From the IMG/VR virus record IMGVR_UViG_3300046820_001270, positions 96,001 to 160,000 of that record: a stretch of DNA of 64,000 nucleotides. One strand, given 5' to 3'. Shown here piece by piece: positions 9,152 to 19,259 of the stretch (positions are counted from its first letter, which is position 1; each line of letters opens with the position of its first letter). The DNA comes from a virus. Taxonomy: Duplodnaviria > Caudoviricetes. The notes below the pieces were generated by a model. That model saw only the letters and a list, made by a program, of their open reading frames with translations. It was not told where the DNA came from and did no database searches. The position numbers and the translations under genes are program-made.

Positions 9152-9697
9152 ATGAAAACATTAATCATACATCCTGAGGATTCGAGCACATCCTTTCTTG
9201 ATATTGTATATGCTCCTATCGAAAATAAAACAGTAATAACAGGTGGAATTAGTAAATCTGAAGTCCAACAATTAATCCGTGAACATGATCGAGTGATGAT
9301 GATGGGACACGGCAGTCCTGGTGGATTGTTTAATGTTGGTCGGTTCACTAATTGTGGTGCTTATGTCATAGATCAGCAAATGGTACCACTATTAAAAGAG
9401 AAAGACAATAGTGTATTCATATGGTGTAATGCTGACAAATTTGTTGAGGTATTTGGATTGAAAGGTTTTTATTCGGGAATGTTCATCAGCGAAGTAGGTG
9501 AGGCAAATTATTGTGGTTTACCCGGTATGAGTCAAGAAGTTGTTGACGAATCTAATTATGGATTTTGTAATATTATTGCAAAATATATTAATGACGATAA
9601 AGAACTTATTCATGAAAATGTTAAGAAAGAATATGGTCTTATTGCAGAACAAAATCCAGTTGCATTTTACAACAACAATCGTTTATATAAATTTTAA
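9152..9697 (+). CDS. conserved hypothetical phage protein
   Basis: MMMGHGSPGGLF...FIWCNAD...GMFISE motifs. Confidence 0.75.
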   Translation: MKTLIIHPEDSSTSFLDIVYAPIENKTVITGGISKSEVQQLIREHDRVMMMGHGSPGGLFNVGRFTNCGAYVIDQQMVPLLKEKDNSVFIWCNADKFVEVFGLKGFYSGMFISEVGEANYCGLPGMSQEVVDESNYGFCNIIAKYINDDKELIHENVKKEYGLIAEQNPVAFYNNNRLYKF

Positions 9698-9707
9698 AAA
9701 TAAAAAA

Positions 9708-11018
9708 ATGAAAAATAATTACATGTCGTTTATTAAAAATTTTATGTTAATAACATTATTAACATTTGTAGTATCATGTACTAAAAAAGATATTACGGTT
9801 CCTGAACCAGTTGCGGTACAACCAGCACCAATTGAAGTAACGGACACCCAAAGTCTTAAATTATCTAAAGGACCATTACTTTATAATGAGTTTGTTGAGG
9901 AGATTAGAGTAGAAGATTATTTATCAAAACCAGCAATTGGAAGTAAATTAATTGTTCCGGTTATTGTTATTGATTGGATACCAACTGAAAATAATGTAGT
10001 GTTGCAATCTGTTAAAAATAGTCTTAAAGATTATGGAGATAAAGTAGTTAACGATTTAAATGAAACTGACATTTATAATTGGATGACAAATAACAATTAT
10101 AAAACAAAGTACTCAATCGAAGAAGGATCTAAATTTAGAGGATATAGTAATCCAACGGCAACACCCTATGTTGGTATTCAAGTTGTTAAACATTATAAAG
10201 TACATAAATGGGATTTAGTTAATAGTCCATTAAATGGTAGAAAACAACCAAACTATAAACAAATCTTTGACATGATTAAATTACAAGATTTAGTTGAACA
10301 AAATGGAGTTAAAGAAGTTTGGATTAACTATCCATATTATGTCGATGGATTAATAGTTGAGGAATCTAATATGTCTTCACCAAGAATAAAAAATGAGGGA
10401 TCATCTGCGGATGTATCTAATAGTTATCACATCACGACTGATTTACCCATCTACGATAAAACTTATGTTGTTTATGGTAATGCTGCGGATAGATGGTTTG
10501 CAGAAATGATACATTGTCGTGGACATCAAATTGAAGCTCAAATGGCGAAATTAAACAAAACTTTTTTTTGGAATGATTTTGTTGGATATAAAAGAGATGG
10601 AACCGCATATAAGCAAGAAGGTAGAGCAGGATCCACACATTTTACACCTAATTCAAACGGTGATTATGATTACAATAACCCAACATCAGTTTTATCTGAT
10701 ATCGGTGATTGGAAACCTGATAGAAGTGGAGTTAAAAAAATGGTTAACAACTCAACATGGGTTGGAGAAAGAAAAAATATGCCGTATCCGATTGTATCAA
10801 TACCAAAACATCAAAAATGGAATCAATTAATGAGACAAGGTGTTGGTGGAGACCCACAAAGTGCGTGGATCATATATTGGTATCAATCAATACCAAGTAC
10901 AACTCAAATAAAATACACAGACACAACAACCAAAACAATTAGAACGGTTGAAAATTGGTGGGATTTATTTTACAATTGGGAAAACGCGTTAAGGACAAAT
11001 AAAAATTTATACAAATAA
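9708..11018 (+). CDS. putative lipoprotein, possible zincin-like site
   Basis: Start re-called at 9708; lipobox LLTFVVSC; EMIHCRGHQIE. Confidence 0.7.
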   Translation: MKNNYMSFIKNFMLITLLTFVVSCTKKDITVPEPVAVQPAPIEVTDTQSLKLSKGPLLYNEFVEEIRVEDYLSKPAIGSKLIVPVIVIDWIPTENNVVLQSVKNSLKDYGDKVVNDLNETDIYNWMTNNNYKTKYSIEEGSKFRGYSNPTATPYVGIQVVKHYKVHKWDLVNSPLNGRKQPNYKQIFDMIKLQDLVEQNGVKEVWINYPYYVDGLIVEESNMSSPRIKNEGSSADVSNSYHITTDLPIYDKTYVVYGNAADRWFAEMIHCRGHQIEAQMAKLNKTFFWNDFVGYKRDGTAYKQEGRAGSTHFTPNSNGDYDYNNPTSVLSDIGDWKPDRSGVKKMVNNSTWVGERKNMPYPIVSIPKHQKWNQLMRQGVGGDPQSAWIIYWYQSIPSTTQIKYTDTTTKTIRTVENWWDLFYNWENALRTNKNLYK

Positions 11019-11019
11019 T

Positions 11020-11250
11020 ATGAATAGATACAACTGTTTATTAATTTTACCTGAAGGTACTAAAGATATAACAATATTAGCGGATACGGTACATCCTGAT
11101 TCGACATGTGCAACAAGATTTCAAAAAAAAGTTGAGGTAATAGGTCTTTATGGGACACCTGAAACATCTTTTCAATTAGTGAGTCAATATCCAACAGATA
11201 AATTTGTTATTGAATCTATTGATTACAATGTAATAGATAACGATGAATAA
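11020..11250 (+). CDS. hypothetical protein
   Basis: Operon-like spacing. Confidence 0.6.
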   Translation: MNRYNCLLILPEGTKDITILADTVHPDSTCATRFQKKVEVIGLYGTPETSFQLVSQYPTDKFVIESIDYNVIDNDE

Positions 11251-12640
11251 AATTTTATTTACATTAACTTTATTTGTATTTGTTAGTTGTTCTAAAACGG
11301 CACCAATAATTAAAGAGGTCGTTAATAATCCAATTGATAATAAACCAATTACCACATCACAATTTCAAGGTTATAAAGTACAACCATTTAATAAAAAAGA
11401 TGAAGTTAAATATTGGAGAGATTGTGGTGTGATGTGGGATATAATTGCCGATAAATTTTTGGTTAAAATAGATGGAAAAATTGGTTCATATTTTTTACCA
11501 CAAATAACAGTTGGAGATTTTAATAATGATGGTTGGATCGATATTTTTAATCCAGGTACTGGTTTATTTAAAAATGAAGTTGTAGATAATGTTGGTTGGT
11601 TAATTTGGAATACAACAACTAAAACATTTGATAACAAAAATCTGTTTAATGATAAGACATTAAAATCATTTGGTGGTAATCAAAGAAGAAGTGTTACTTT
11701 AGATTTAAATAAAGATGGATATAGTGATGTTGTCATATTCGATAGTGGAGACGATGTTCCATTGCCAGGAACCATTCCCGAATTACAACCAATAAGAATT
11801 GTTTTGTCAGATGGGAATGGAGGATATTCATTAAATAATATTCAAACTACAAGTACAATACTTTATAATCATTCTGGTGATATTGGAGATTTAAATAATG
11901 ACGGTTATCCCGATTTAGTTTCAGCAACGGGAGGATCACTTTTCATTTCATGGGGAATACCCAATTACCCATATTTTTCAACAAACGTAACGTTATTTGA
12001 TTTATGGAAAAAAACTGATAATGGATTTGGTGAATGGTTTAGAGAAGCCTCAGGTCAAGTTTATAATGTTACAATTGGAGATGTCGATAAGGATGGAAAC
12101 GAAGATATGATTTTGGGTTGTAATGAAATGAAATATCCATCAGCTTATAATTTAAGTGGGTTTGATTTTACAACTAAAATTATACTAAATCAAGGTAGAG
12201 GAGAATTTAGTAAAAGAAGTTTAATTAATTTACCCTATTATACAAAAGACGTTCAAAATTTCTTAGCAAACGATTTTAGAATTGTGGATATTAATAACGA
12301 CGGTCTGAATGATATAATATCAACGGGTAGTGTGAATTATGATGATTGGTCAATTTATACTTATATGCAAACCTCCAAAAATTCATTCTCAATCGATACA
12401 AGTAAATTTATTTATACGATAAACACCAATCGTAAATCAAATTCAATAGGATTATCTTGGAAACCTTGGTTAATATATTATGATTTTAATGGAGACGGTA
12501 AGAAAGATATATCATATATAGATGCTCACGATTTTTGGAATAACTCACTTAAAAGAAAAACTATATTCATTAGGAAAGGAAATAACTTTGAAGAAGAGGA
12601 TTTTTACAAATATGACAATTACATAAACAAACTTAAATAA
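11243..12640 (+). CDS. FG-GAP/VCBS-repeat beta-propeller lipoprotein
   Basis: Lipobox FVFVSC; repeats GDFNNDGWIDI, DLNKDGYSDV, GDLNNDGYPDL, GDVDKDGNEDM, DINNDGLNDI, DFNGDGKKDI. Confidence 0.88.
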   Translation: MNKILFTLTLFVFVSCSKTAPIIKEVVNNPIDNKPITTSQFQGYKVQPFNKKDEVKYWRDCGVMWDIIADKFLVKIDGKIGSYFLPQITVGDFNNDGWIDIFNPGTGLFKNEVVDNVGWLIWNTTTKTFDNKNLFNDKTLKSFGGNQRRSVTLDLNKDGYSDVVIFDSGDDVPLPGTIPELQPIRIVLSDGNGGYSLNNIQTTSTILYNHSGDIGDLNNDGYPDLVSATGGSLFISWGIPNYPYFSTNVTLFDLWKKTDNGFGEWFREASGQVYNVTIGDVDKDGNEDMILGCNEMKYPSAYNLSGFDFTTKIILNQGRGEFSKRSLINLPYYTKDVQNFLANDFRIVDINNDGLNDIISTGSVNYDDWSIYTYMQTSKNSFSIDTSKFIYTINTNRKSNSIGLSWKPWLIYYDFNGDGKKDISYIDAHDFWNNSLKRKTIFIRKGNNFEEEDFYKYDNYINKLK

Positions 12641-12987
12641 TGGATTATAGTAAAATATTTTTAGGTGTTATATTTGGACTAATGGGTCAAGTTGGGACAT
12701 TTATACAATTACAGGGATCATATAAGTACGGTTGGTATGAAAAATACACATGGATGGTCATATTGGCAAGTGTCCCACTTGGTTGGTTATATATTAAATC
12801 CGTAAATTATTTCATTGCAGGGTTCGGTGGTCAGATATGGCCAAGTCGTCTACTTGGATTTTCAGTGGGGATTATAGTTTTTACACTAATGAGCCATTAT
12901 CTATTTAAAGAACCGTTAGATCTTAAAAACGGAATTTGTCTATTATTAGGGTTTAGTATATTAATGATCCAGTTATTTGTTAAATAG
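12640..12987 (+). CDS. small 4-TM membrane protein (DMT/SMR-like)
   Basis: Four hydrophobic helices; ...LFKEPLDLKNGICLLLG C-terminus typical of DMT fold. Confidence 0.6.
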   Translation: MDYSKIFLGVIFGLMGQVGTFIQLQGSYKYGWYEKYTWMVILASVPLGWLYIKSVNYFIAGFGGQIWPSRLLGFSVGIIVFTLMSHYLFKEPLDLKNGICLLLGFSILMIQLFVK

Positions 12988-13037
12988 CCGTAAAAATATC
13001 TAAAATTTATGATACATATCGTAGAATTAGAATATTT

Positions 13038-15977
13038 ATGTTTATGGCAATTACAAACAAAATCAAATACGTAAGCGGTAACACCATTCATAATGGTTCA
13101 ATTACCAATAATAACGTCGCCTTAGGTGTAGATATGGATCTAGATTATGGCGAAACAATCAATACAGGATATTGGGCGGGAGTTAATCCATCCAATAATG
13201 GTTATACCATTTATTATCTTGACGGTACCAATCAACCAAGAATTATGTCGGCAGATGACGACAATGCTCTTATCTTCTTCGCCAACGAATTTGGTGCTTC
13301 AAATGTAACAACCGTAACGGACGCATTACTATACTTCAAAGATAATGCGGGTTATTTCATAACCAACCGTAAAGTTGAATCAATCACAACCTCAGGGATG
13401 ACTTTAATGTACGACCCAGGTTTGGTTCAATCATATCCTAAGTCAGGAACTACAATGAGTAACTTGGGTAGTGTAGGTTTAGGTAATAATGGTCCAGCAA
13501 TGTACTTGTCAGGAACAACTTACAATTCTGAAAAGGGCGGTTCTTTACTTTACTCTAATACGGGTAACACCTTTTCTGAGGCCGCAACAACTGAATTTTT
13601 AACTGATTTCACATATAATATTTGGTTTAAGGCAACAGCATTTGAAACAAATAACATTTTGATGTCACGTGGATATGGTTTATGTAAATTGTCTTTAGGT
13701 AAAAGTCTTGATAACCCAACACTTAGTAGAGTAGAATTTTATGATAACAACACATCGTTAGATATGTATTCGGTAAGTGGTTATACAATTGGACTTGACA
13801 CTTGGACTAACGTTACTGTTAAACATATTGAAGGAACCTCAACACAAGTTTTTGTAAATGGAGCGCTAGTTCTCTCGGACACAACAACAACTAATTTATA
13901 TAACGAAAATATTAGTGATCTTTTTATCGGTGGTGAACGTGGTAGTAATGGTAATGGATTTACTGGTTACATAGGACACGTTGCTTATTATGATAGGGCA
14001 TTAAGTGTTTCTGAGATTGGGAAGAACTACAACGCTTTACGTGATAGATACTACGGTGCATCGGGCGGTGAATCATTCTTTATAATGGCACAAATGCCGG
14101 GTAGTAATAACTTCGGTTATGTTATATTAGAAGCAACAACAGGAACGGCATCTGAAGTAATAGATACAGGTTTAGACCGTGATATATATTATCAAGATGA
14201 AATACTTCAAGTAAATCACGGAGGTTATTCATTATTATTTGGAAATGATGATACCGGTGATAAAAAGGTATTATTCATTGACGCTTTTGGTACTCTTGTT
14301 GATACGTTTGATTTCCCTAATACCAACTGGAATTCTAGTCGTGCTAGTGGTTTTGTAAATATATTTACCGATAATGCGGGTGGTGTAATGAAGTTTTTTG
14401 ACGGAACATCAGTTGGAACATATACTTGGGACCCAAGTTCTGAAGAGGCCAATTTTAACAATAACTGGGATCCGACATCGATAGATAAAACGTTTGCAAT
14501 TTACACAAGAAACACCAATACGAATGTGGTAACTTGGAAACTTGCAAATGCTCAGACAGGTGTTGTAAACTTGAGATCGTACAATGATGCTGATTTTACT
14601 ACTGAACCGATAATTTACACTAGTGGGAATTATGTGATTCTACCATTCCAAGATGATAATACTTTACTACACAGTAGTTTGGAGGTTTATGGTACTGATG
14701 GAACATTAAAACATACACAAAGTTTAACCGGATTAACGTTAAATAGTTGGAATGCTCGAACTTTTGGAACCGGAAAATTCTCAATACTTTATACGAATAA
14801 TAGTGACGAAGATGTCGATTATCATTTATATGCATACATCGAATCCACAAATTCATTTATATCGACAACTCACGCAAGAGGAGCTAATTATCGTAATAAT
14901 GATGTATATTCAGAATCTATAGATTACGTAAGTGAAAACACTAATTGCGAAAGTGTTCATTATGTGTTCCGTTCTGATAGTACCCATAATAATAATGATT
15001 TAAATTATTACGATTACATCGATTACGTTTCCTTATTTGAGGGAGAAAGTAATTTTATAACTAGTGTTTTCGCCAATAATACATCTAAGGGAATAGCCAG
15101 AGAAGGTGATACCACCAAATATTATAATGATCTTGTTAATACTGGTGACAATAAATTAAAATCTATGTTGATTACTCCGTCAGGATTTACATACACAGAA
15201 ATAGTTACGGATGTTACAACGGTTACCTATATTAGTCAAGATTTATTAAATAATGATATACTATATTTATTATATCTTAATGATGTAAACAACGAATATC
15301 ACTATTACGTAATAAATGGTACAACAGGTGCAATAAGAGACACATTAACACATACAACCGTAAATGATTGGAATGATTGGTATAATACAGAATTTGATAC
15401 ATTATACATTAAAAACGTCGACACGGCAGAAGCTTGGTATATGTGTAGAAGTCAATATGAATTTGCACAAACAACAAATTATGAAAGTGACACAAATGCT
15501 AGTGATTTTTACAATGAAGATGGTTGGACTGAAGAACCTGTTTTAGTAATGTATAATGGAGACACCGATGGTAAGTGTAGAGTATTGACACCTGATGGGA
15601 TTTCAGATGAGTTTACATTACCATTGTCTACACAATGGGGATATGATTTAGTACTTGGTAAATCCTTTTTCACTTGGAGATATCATAATGCTGATGGTTT
15701 TCCATCAATGAGAATATACGATTTTAGTGGAAATATACTTAATGATTATGTTAGTCCTTTCTCGGTAGATGTAAATGGGAATTTCCACCAATATGGAACA
15801 ATTGGTAATTTGGCTTATGTTGTTGCGGGTGAAGGATGTCCTGATAATCAATGTGGAACATTGGTACCGACAATCCTTAATACAGACGGAACAACGTCAT
15901 CTCGAACAATATTCTATAATAACATTGGTAGCTACTACACATCGGCAACTGACTACTTCTGGTGGGATAACTGCTAA
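13038..15977 (+). CDS. large LamG/concanavalin-A-like domain protein, probable virion surface protein
   Basis: YDPGLVQSYPKSGT, FTYNIWFK, WTNVTV, FVNG, YYDRALSVSEIGKNYNA (LamG pattern); Thr/Asn-rich beta C-terminus. Confidence 0.75.
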   Translation: MFMAITNKIKYVSGNTIHNGSITNNNVALGVDMDLDYGETINTGYWAGVNPSNNGYTIYYLDGTNQPRIMSADDDNALIFFANEFGASNVTTVTDALLYFKDNAGYFITNRKVESITTSGMTLMYDPGLVQSYPKSGTTMSNLGSVGLGNNGPAMYLSGTTYNSEKGGSLLYSNTGNTFSEAATTEFLTDFTYNIWFKATAFETNNILMSRGYGLCKLSLGKSLDNPTLSRVEFYDNNTSLDMYSVSGYTIGLDTWTNVTVKHIEGTSTQVFVNGALVLSDTTTTNLYNENISDLFIGGERGSNGNGFTGYIGHVAYYDRALSVSEIGKNYNALRDRYYGASGGESFFIMAQMPGSNNFGYVILEATTGTASEVIDTGLDRDIYYQDEILQVNHGGYSLLFGNDDTGDKKVLFIDAFGTLVDTFDFPNTNWNSSRASGFVNIFTDNAGGVMKFFDGTSVGTYTWDPSSEEANFNNNWDPTSIDKTFAIYTRNTNTNVVTWKLANAQTGVVNLRSYNDADFTTEPIIYTSGNYVILPFQDDNTLLHSSLEVYGTDGTLKHTQSLTGLTLNSWNARTFGTGKFSILYTNNSDEDVDYHLYAYIESTNSFISTTHARGANYRNNDVYSESIDYVSENTNCESVHYVFRSDSTHNNNDLNYYDYIDYVSLFEGESNFITSVFANNTSKGIAREGDTTKYYNDLVNTGDNKLKSMLITPSGFTYTEIVTDVTTVTYISQDLLNNDILYLLYLNDVNNEYHYYVINGTTGAIRDTLTHTTVNDWNDWYNTEFDTLYIKNVDTAEAWYMCRSQYEFAQTTNYESDTNASDFYNEDGWTEEPVLVMYNGDTDGKCRVLTPDGISDEFTLPLSTQWGYDLVLGKSFFTWRYHNADGFPSMRIYDFSGNILNDYVSPFSVDVNGNFHQYGTIGNLAYVVAGEGCPDNQCGTLVPTILNTDGTTSSRTIFYNNIGSYYTSATDYFWWDNC

Positions 15978-16023
15978 TAGGTAGATAAATAAATAAATAA
16001 AACAAATTAAATAAAAATAAAAG

Positions 16024-16302
16024 ATGCAATATAATATTAAAATAACCGTAACTAAGGGGTTAGTTGATGTTGAAAAAAGAACTAAAGTAAAAACTATAGA
16101 TAAATTTTTGGTTAATAAGGATTTCCCAAATGTGGCAACAGTTAAAGAAATCAAAGATTTCGGAAAAACAATTCAAATCAAAAATTACACTGACGAGGAG
16201 ATTAACGGAGCGGTTCTAATGTTAGAAGATAAAGTGGCAATTGACGATAATGAATCAGTTAAACAACACGCCAACATCAATTACGTTATTAACTTAAAAT
16301 AA
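16024..16302 (+). CDS. hypothetical protein
   Basis: ORF with plausible start. Confidence 0.65.
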   Translation: MQYNIKITVTKGLVDVEKRTKVKTIDKFLVNKDFPNVATVKEIKDFGKTIQIKNYTDEEINGAVLMLEDKVAIDDNESVKQHANINYVINLK

Positions 16303-16393
16303 GATATAATAAAAATATCATTATACAATATGGGTAATAGAAATATTACCCATTTTTGTTTGTAATATCCAAACAATTTCTTATATTAGATAT

Positions 16394-16750
16394 ATGTTTA
16401 AACAAGGAGACAAATACATACATTTCACCAAATATGGTGGAGTAAATAAAGGTGAGGTTGAATGGTATGGACCAACAATGAATTACGATTATGAAAATGA
16501 GGTAGTTTATGTTTCATACTATATTAAATCAACGGTTGGACATATCATATCCATAGATGGAAGTGATGGTAGAGTTTATAAAATAAACGAAGAGATGGAT
16601 CCCGAAACACTTAGAATGTTAAAGAATTCAACTGATGTAATGGATGAATTAAAGAATAGAAAATCCGTTAATATTGAGAAACCAATAGAACCATTAAGTG
16701 AATCATTAGTAAAAAAGATAAATAAACAAATAGATGAGAGAAGCTTTTGA
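16394..16750 (+). CDS. hypothetical protein
   Basis: ORF with promoter-like upstream sequence. Confidence 0.7.
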   Translation: MFKQGDKYIHFTKYGGVNKGEVEWYGPTMNYDYENEVVYVSYYIKSTVGHIISIDGSDGRVYKINEEMDPETLRMLKNSTDVMDELKNRKSVNIEKPIEPLSESLVKKINKQIDERSF

Positions 16751-16848
16751 TGTAATGAGTGAACACCCATTCCTTACTCTTTTCTTGGGATTTGTGTTGA
16801 TGGTGGTGGTAAGTGAAATAACCGAGATATTTAAGAGAAAGGAGTAAC

Positions 16849-17211
16849 ATGAAAACATTTTTATTTTTCCGCGGATTCGTAGAGAGTCCTTTATTGGATA
16901 TTGATTGGGAAGAAATCAATAGAAGAATGAATACCAATATAATACCAATAACGACATATCCAACTTGGACAGGGACGACTTATACTCCGACATGGGTTGT
17001 AAATCCGGGTTATATTACGTATACACAACCAAATTATTTAGCAACAACCGGTACATTTATAAATCCATATAATAATACCACAACAACTGCAACTAGTTTT
17101 AGTTTGACAACATCAAACCCAAATGGAATAACATATACCACAACAAGAAATGCAGGAACTTTAACAACAGGAACAGATTTATATTCAAGTAGTAGTTTTA
17201 AATTACAATAA
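16849..17211 (+). CDS. Thr-rich hypothetical protein
   Basis: Low-complexity Thr-rich C-terminal half; stop abuts next start. Confidence 0.65.
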   Translation: MKTFLFFRGFVESPLLDIDWEEINRRMNTNIIPITTYPTWTGTTYTPTWVVNPGYITYTQPNYLATTGTFINPYNNTTTTATSFSLTTSNPNGITYTTTRNAGTLTTGTDLYSSSSFKLQ

Positions 17212-18039
17212 ATGAAAAAAATAATTAATTTTACACCAACAGGTACTCAAACTACTCGTGAAAATTCATATGCACCATTATTACCAAATGAAATAATTGA
17301 AGAGGTTCATGAGGCAAATGAATTAGGTATTTCGATTGTTCATTTACACGCAAGAGATGAAGAAACATTAAAGAATACATATAAGAAAGAAGTTTACACT
17401 AAAATTATCGAGGGAATAAAAAAACATTGTCCTGAATTATTAATTTGTGTTTCATTAACAGGTAGAAACTTTCCTGAGTTAGAAAAAAGAACTGAGGTTC
17501 TACAACTACATCCCGATATGGGATCATTAACGATGTCATCATTAAACTTCCCAACAGGTGCGTCGGTTAATGAACCAAATATGATTTTATCATTAATTAA
17601 TGAAATGGAAAAGTATGGAGTTAATCCTGAGATAGAATGTTTTGATTCTGGTATGTTAAACTATACAAATTATTTAATATCAAAAAACATATTAAAAGGT
17701 CCACATTACATCAATGTGATATTGGGGAACATATACAATTCACAATCTGATATTCATACAATTGCATCAATTAAATCTTCATTACCTAAAAACTCTAAAG
17801 TTTGTTTTGGTGGTATTGGTTCGCAACAATTGAGAAGTAATGTTTATGGGTTACTTGAAGCAGATGGAGTTAGAATTGGTTTAGAAGATAACTTATATTA
17901 TAAAGATAAAGAGAAGGCAACCAACACACAATTATTAAAAAGAATTCATAACATTATGAATGACATGGAATTAGAAATTTTATCATCAAAAGAATTAAGA
18001 GATTTAGGATATGGAAACAAAAATATTAGTATTAGGTAA
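17212..18039 (+). CDS. BKACE / 3-keto-5-aminohexanoate cleavage enzyme family (DUF849)
   Basis: FTPTG...PLLPNEI, SIVHLHARD, PDMGSLTMSSLNF, PEIECFDSG, VRIGLEDNL. Confidence 0.9.
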   Translation: MKKIINFTPTGTQTTRENSYAPLLPNEIIEEVHEANELGISIVHLHARDEETLKNTYKKEVYTKIIEGIKKHCPELLICVSLTGRNFPELEKRTEVLQLHPDMGSLTMSSLNFPTGASVNEPNMILSLINEMEKYGVNPEIECFDSGMLNYTNYLISKNILKGPHYINVILGNIYNSQSDIHTIASIKSSLPKNSKVCFGGIGSQQLRSNVYGLLEADGVRIGLEDNLYYKDKEKATNTQLLKRIHNIMNDMELEILSSKELRDLGYGNKNISIR

Positions 18040-18682
18040 GGGAGATAATGTTATCACAATGATATTAGATAATCTATATTCTTACTCTATAGATAGATTA
18101 TTATATTTTGGTAAAGATATTGTTGTGTATAATAATTTAGATTTACCAATTTTAAATTCATTTGACCATGGCAAATTCAATATAGAAGTTTTAAATGAGG
18201 TTAATGTAGATGACTTTAATTTATATATATTAGGAATTTACCAACCTAAAAATAAAATTAAAATTATAGAATCGTTAAATCCTGATAAAAATAAATTCAT
18301 TAATGTTATTCATAAAGGAGAAGATATTTCATATACAAGTACACTTGGTTATGGATTATTAATTAATTCTAAAGTATCAATTGCAGCACATACGACAATC
18401 GGTAATTTTGTTTCAATAAACAGACATGTATCAATCGGTCATCACACAACTATCGGAGACTTCACCTCAATAAATCCAGGTGTCAATATTGCCGGTAATG
18501 TAACTATAGGTAAAGGTTGTCAAATAGGTATCGGTGCAAACATACTTGACGGAATCACAATAGGAGATAACACGGTAATAGGTGCGGGTTCATTAGTCAC
18601 CAAAGACATTCCAAATAATGTGGTTGCCTATGGTAGCCCTTGTAAAATAATAAATCATCAATATGAAACACAATCCATATAA
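18011..18682 (+). CDS. sugar O/N-acetyltransferase, NeuD/PglD family
   Basis: Hexapeptide left-handed beta-helix repeats; IGHH; IGAGSLVTKDIP..VVAYGSPC. Confidence 0.88.
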   Translation: METKILVLGKGDNVITMILDNLYSYSIDRLLYFGKDIVVYNNLDLPILNSFDHGKFNIEVLNEVNVDDFNLYILGIYQPKNKIKIIESLNPDKNKFINVIHKGEDISYTSTLGYGLLINSKVSIAAHTTIGNFVSINRHVSIGHHTTIGDFTSINPGVNIAGNVTIGKGCQIGIGANILDGITIGDNTVIGAGSLVTKDIPNNVVAYGSPCKIINHQYETQSI

Positions 18683-19259
18683 AATAGTTGAAATGTTTGA
18701 GGAGGAGATTGCGGAATATACTGGATCCCCTTACGCAATTGCGTTAGATAATTGTACTGATGCATTATTTCTGTGTTGTGTATATTCAAAGGTAACAGAA
18801 GTAACTATTCCTAAAAAAACGTATCTATCGGTACCACAAGCGATTATGTCTTCAGGTGGTAAAGTAATATTTGAGGATACGGAATGGAAAGGTCTTTATG
18901 AGTTAAAACCATATAAGATATATGATTCGGCAAGAAGATTTACAAGTGGTATGTACATACCAAATAGTTTTATGTGTCTTTCTTTTCATCCTAAAAAAAT
19001 ATTACAAATGAGAAAAGGTGGTATGATATTGACAGATAATGAAGATGCTTATAAATGGTTTAAAAAGGCTAGACACGAGGGGAGAGATGAAATACCATAT
19101 ACACAAGATAATATTAAGTTTTTAGGTTGGAATATGTATATGACACCACCAGATGCTGCCGATGGATTATGGTTGATGTCATCAATGCCAAAACATAACG
19201 AGGATACAATTGAAAATTACCCTGACTTAACAAAAAATGATTTATTCAATAAATTTTAA
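18663..19259 (+). CDS. short DegT/DnrJ/EryC1/StrS-family PLP-dependent aminotransferase
   Basis: FEEEIAEY...AIALDNCTDALFL; IYDSA; SFHPKKIL...GGMILTDN; only 198 aa. Confidence 0.8.
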   Translation: MKHNPYKIVEMFEEEIAEYTGSPYAIALDNCTDALFLCCVYSKVTEVTIPKKTYLSVPQAIMSSGGKVIFEDTEWKGLYELKPYKIYDSARRFTSGMYIPNSFMCLSFHPKKILQMRKGGMILTDNEDAYKWFKKARHEGRDEIPYTQDNIKFLGWNMYMTPPDAADGLWLMSSMPKHNEDTIENYPDLTKNDLFNKF

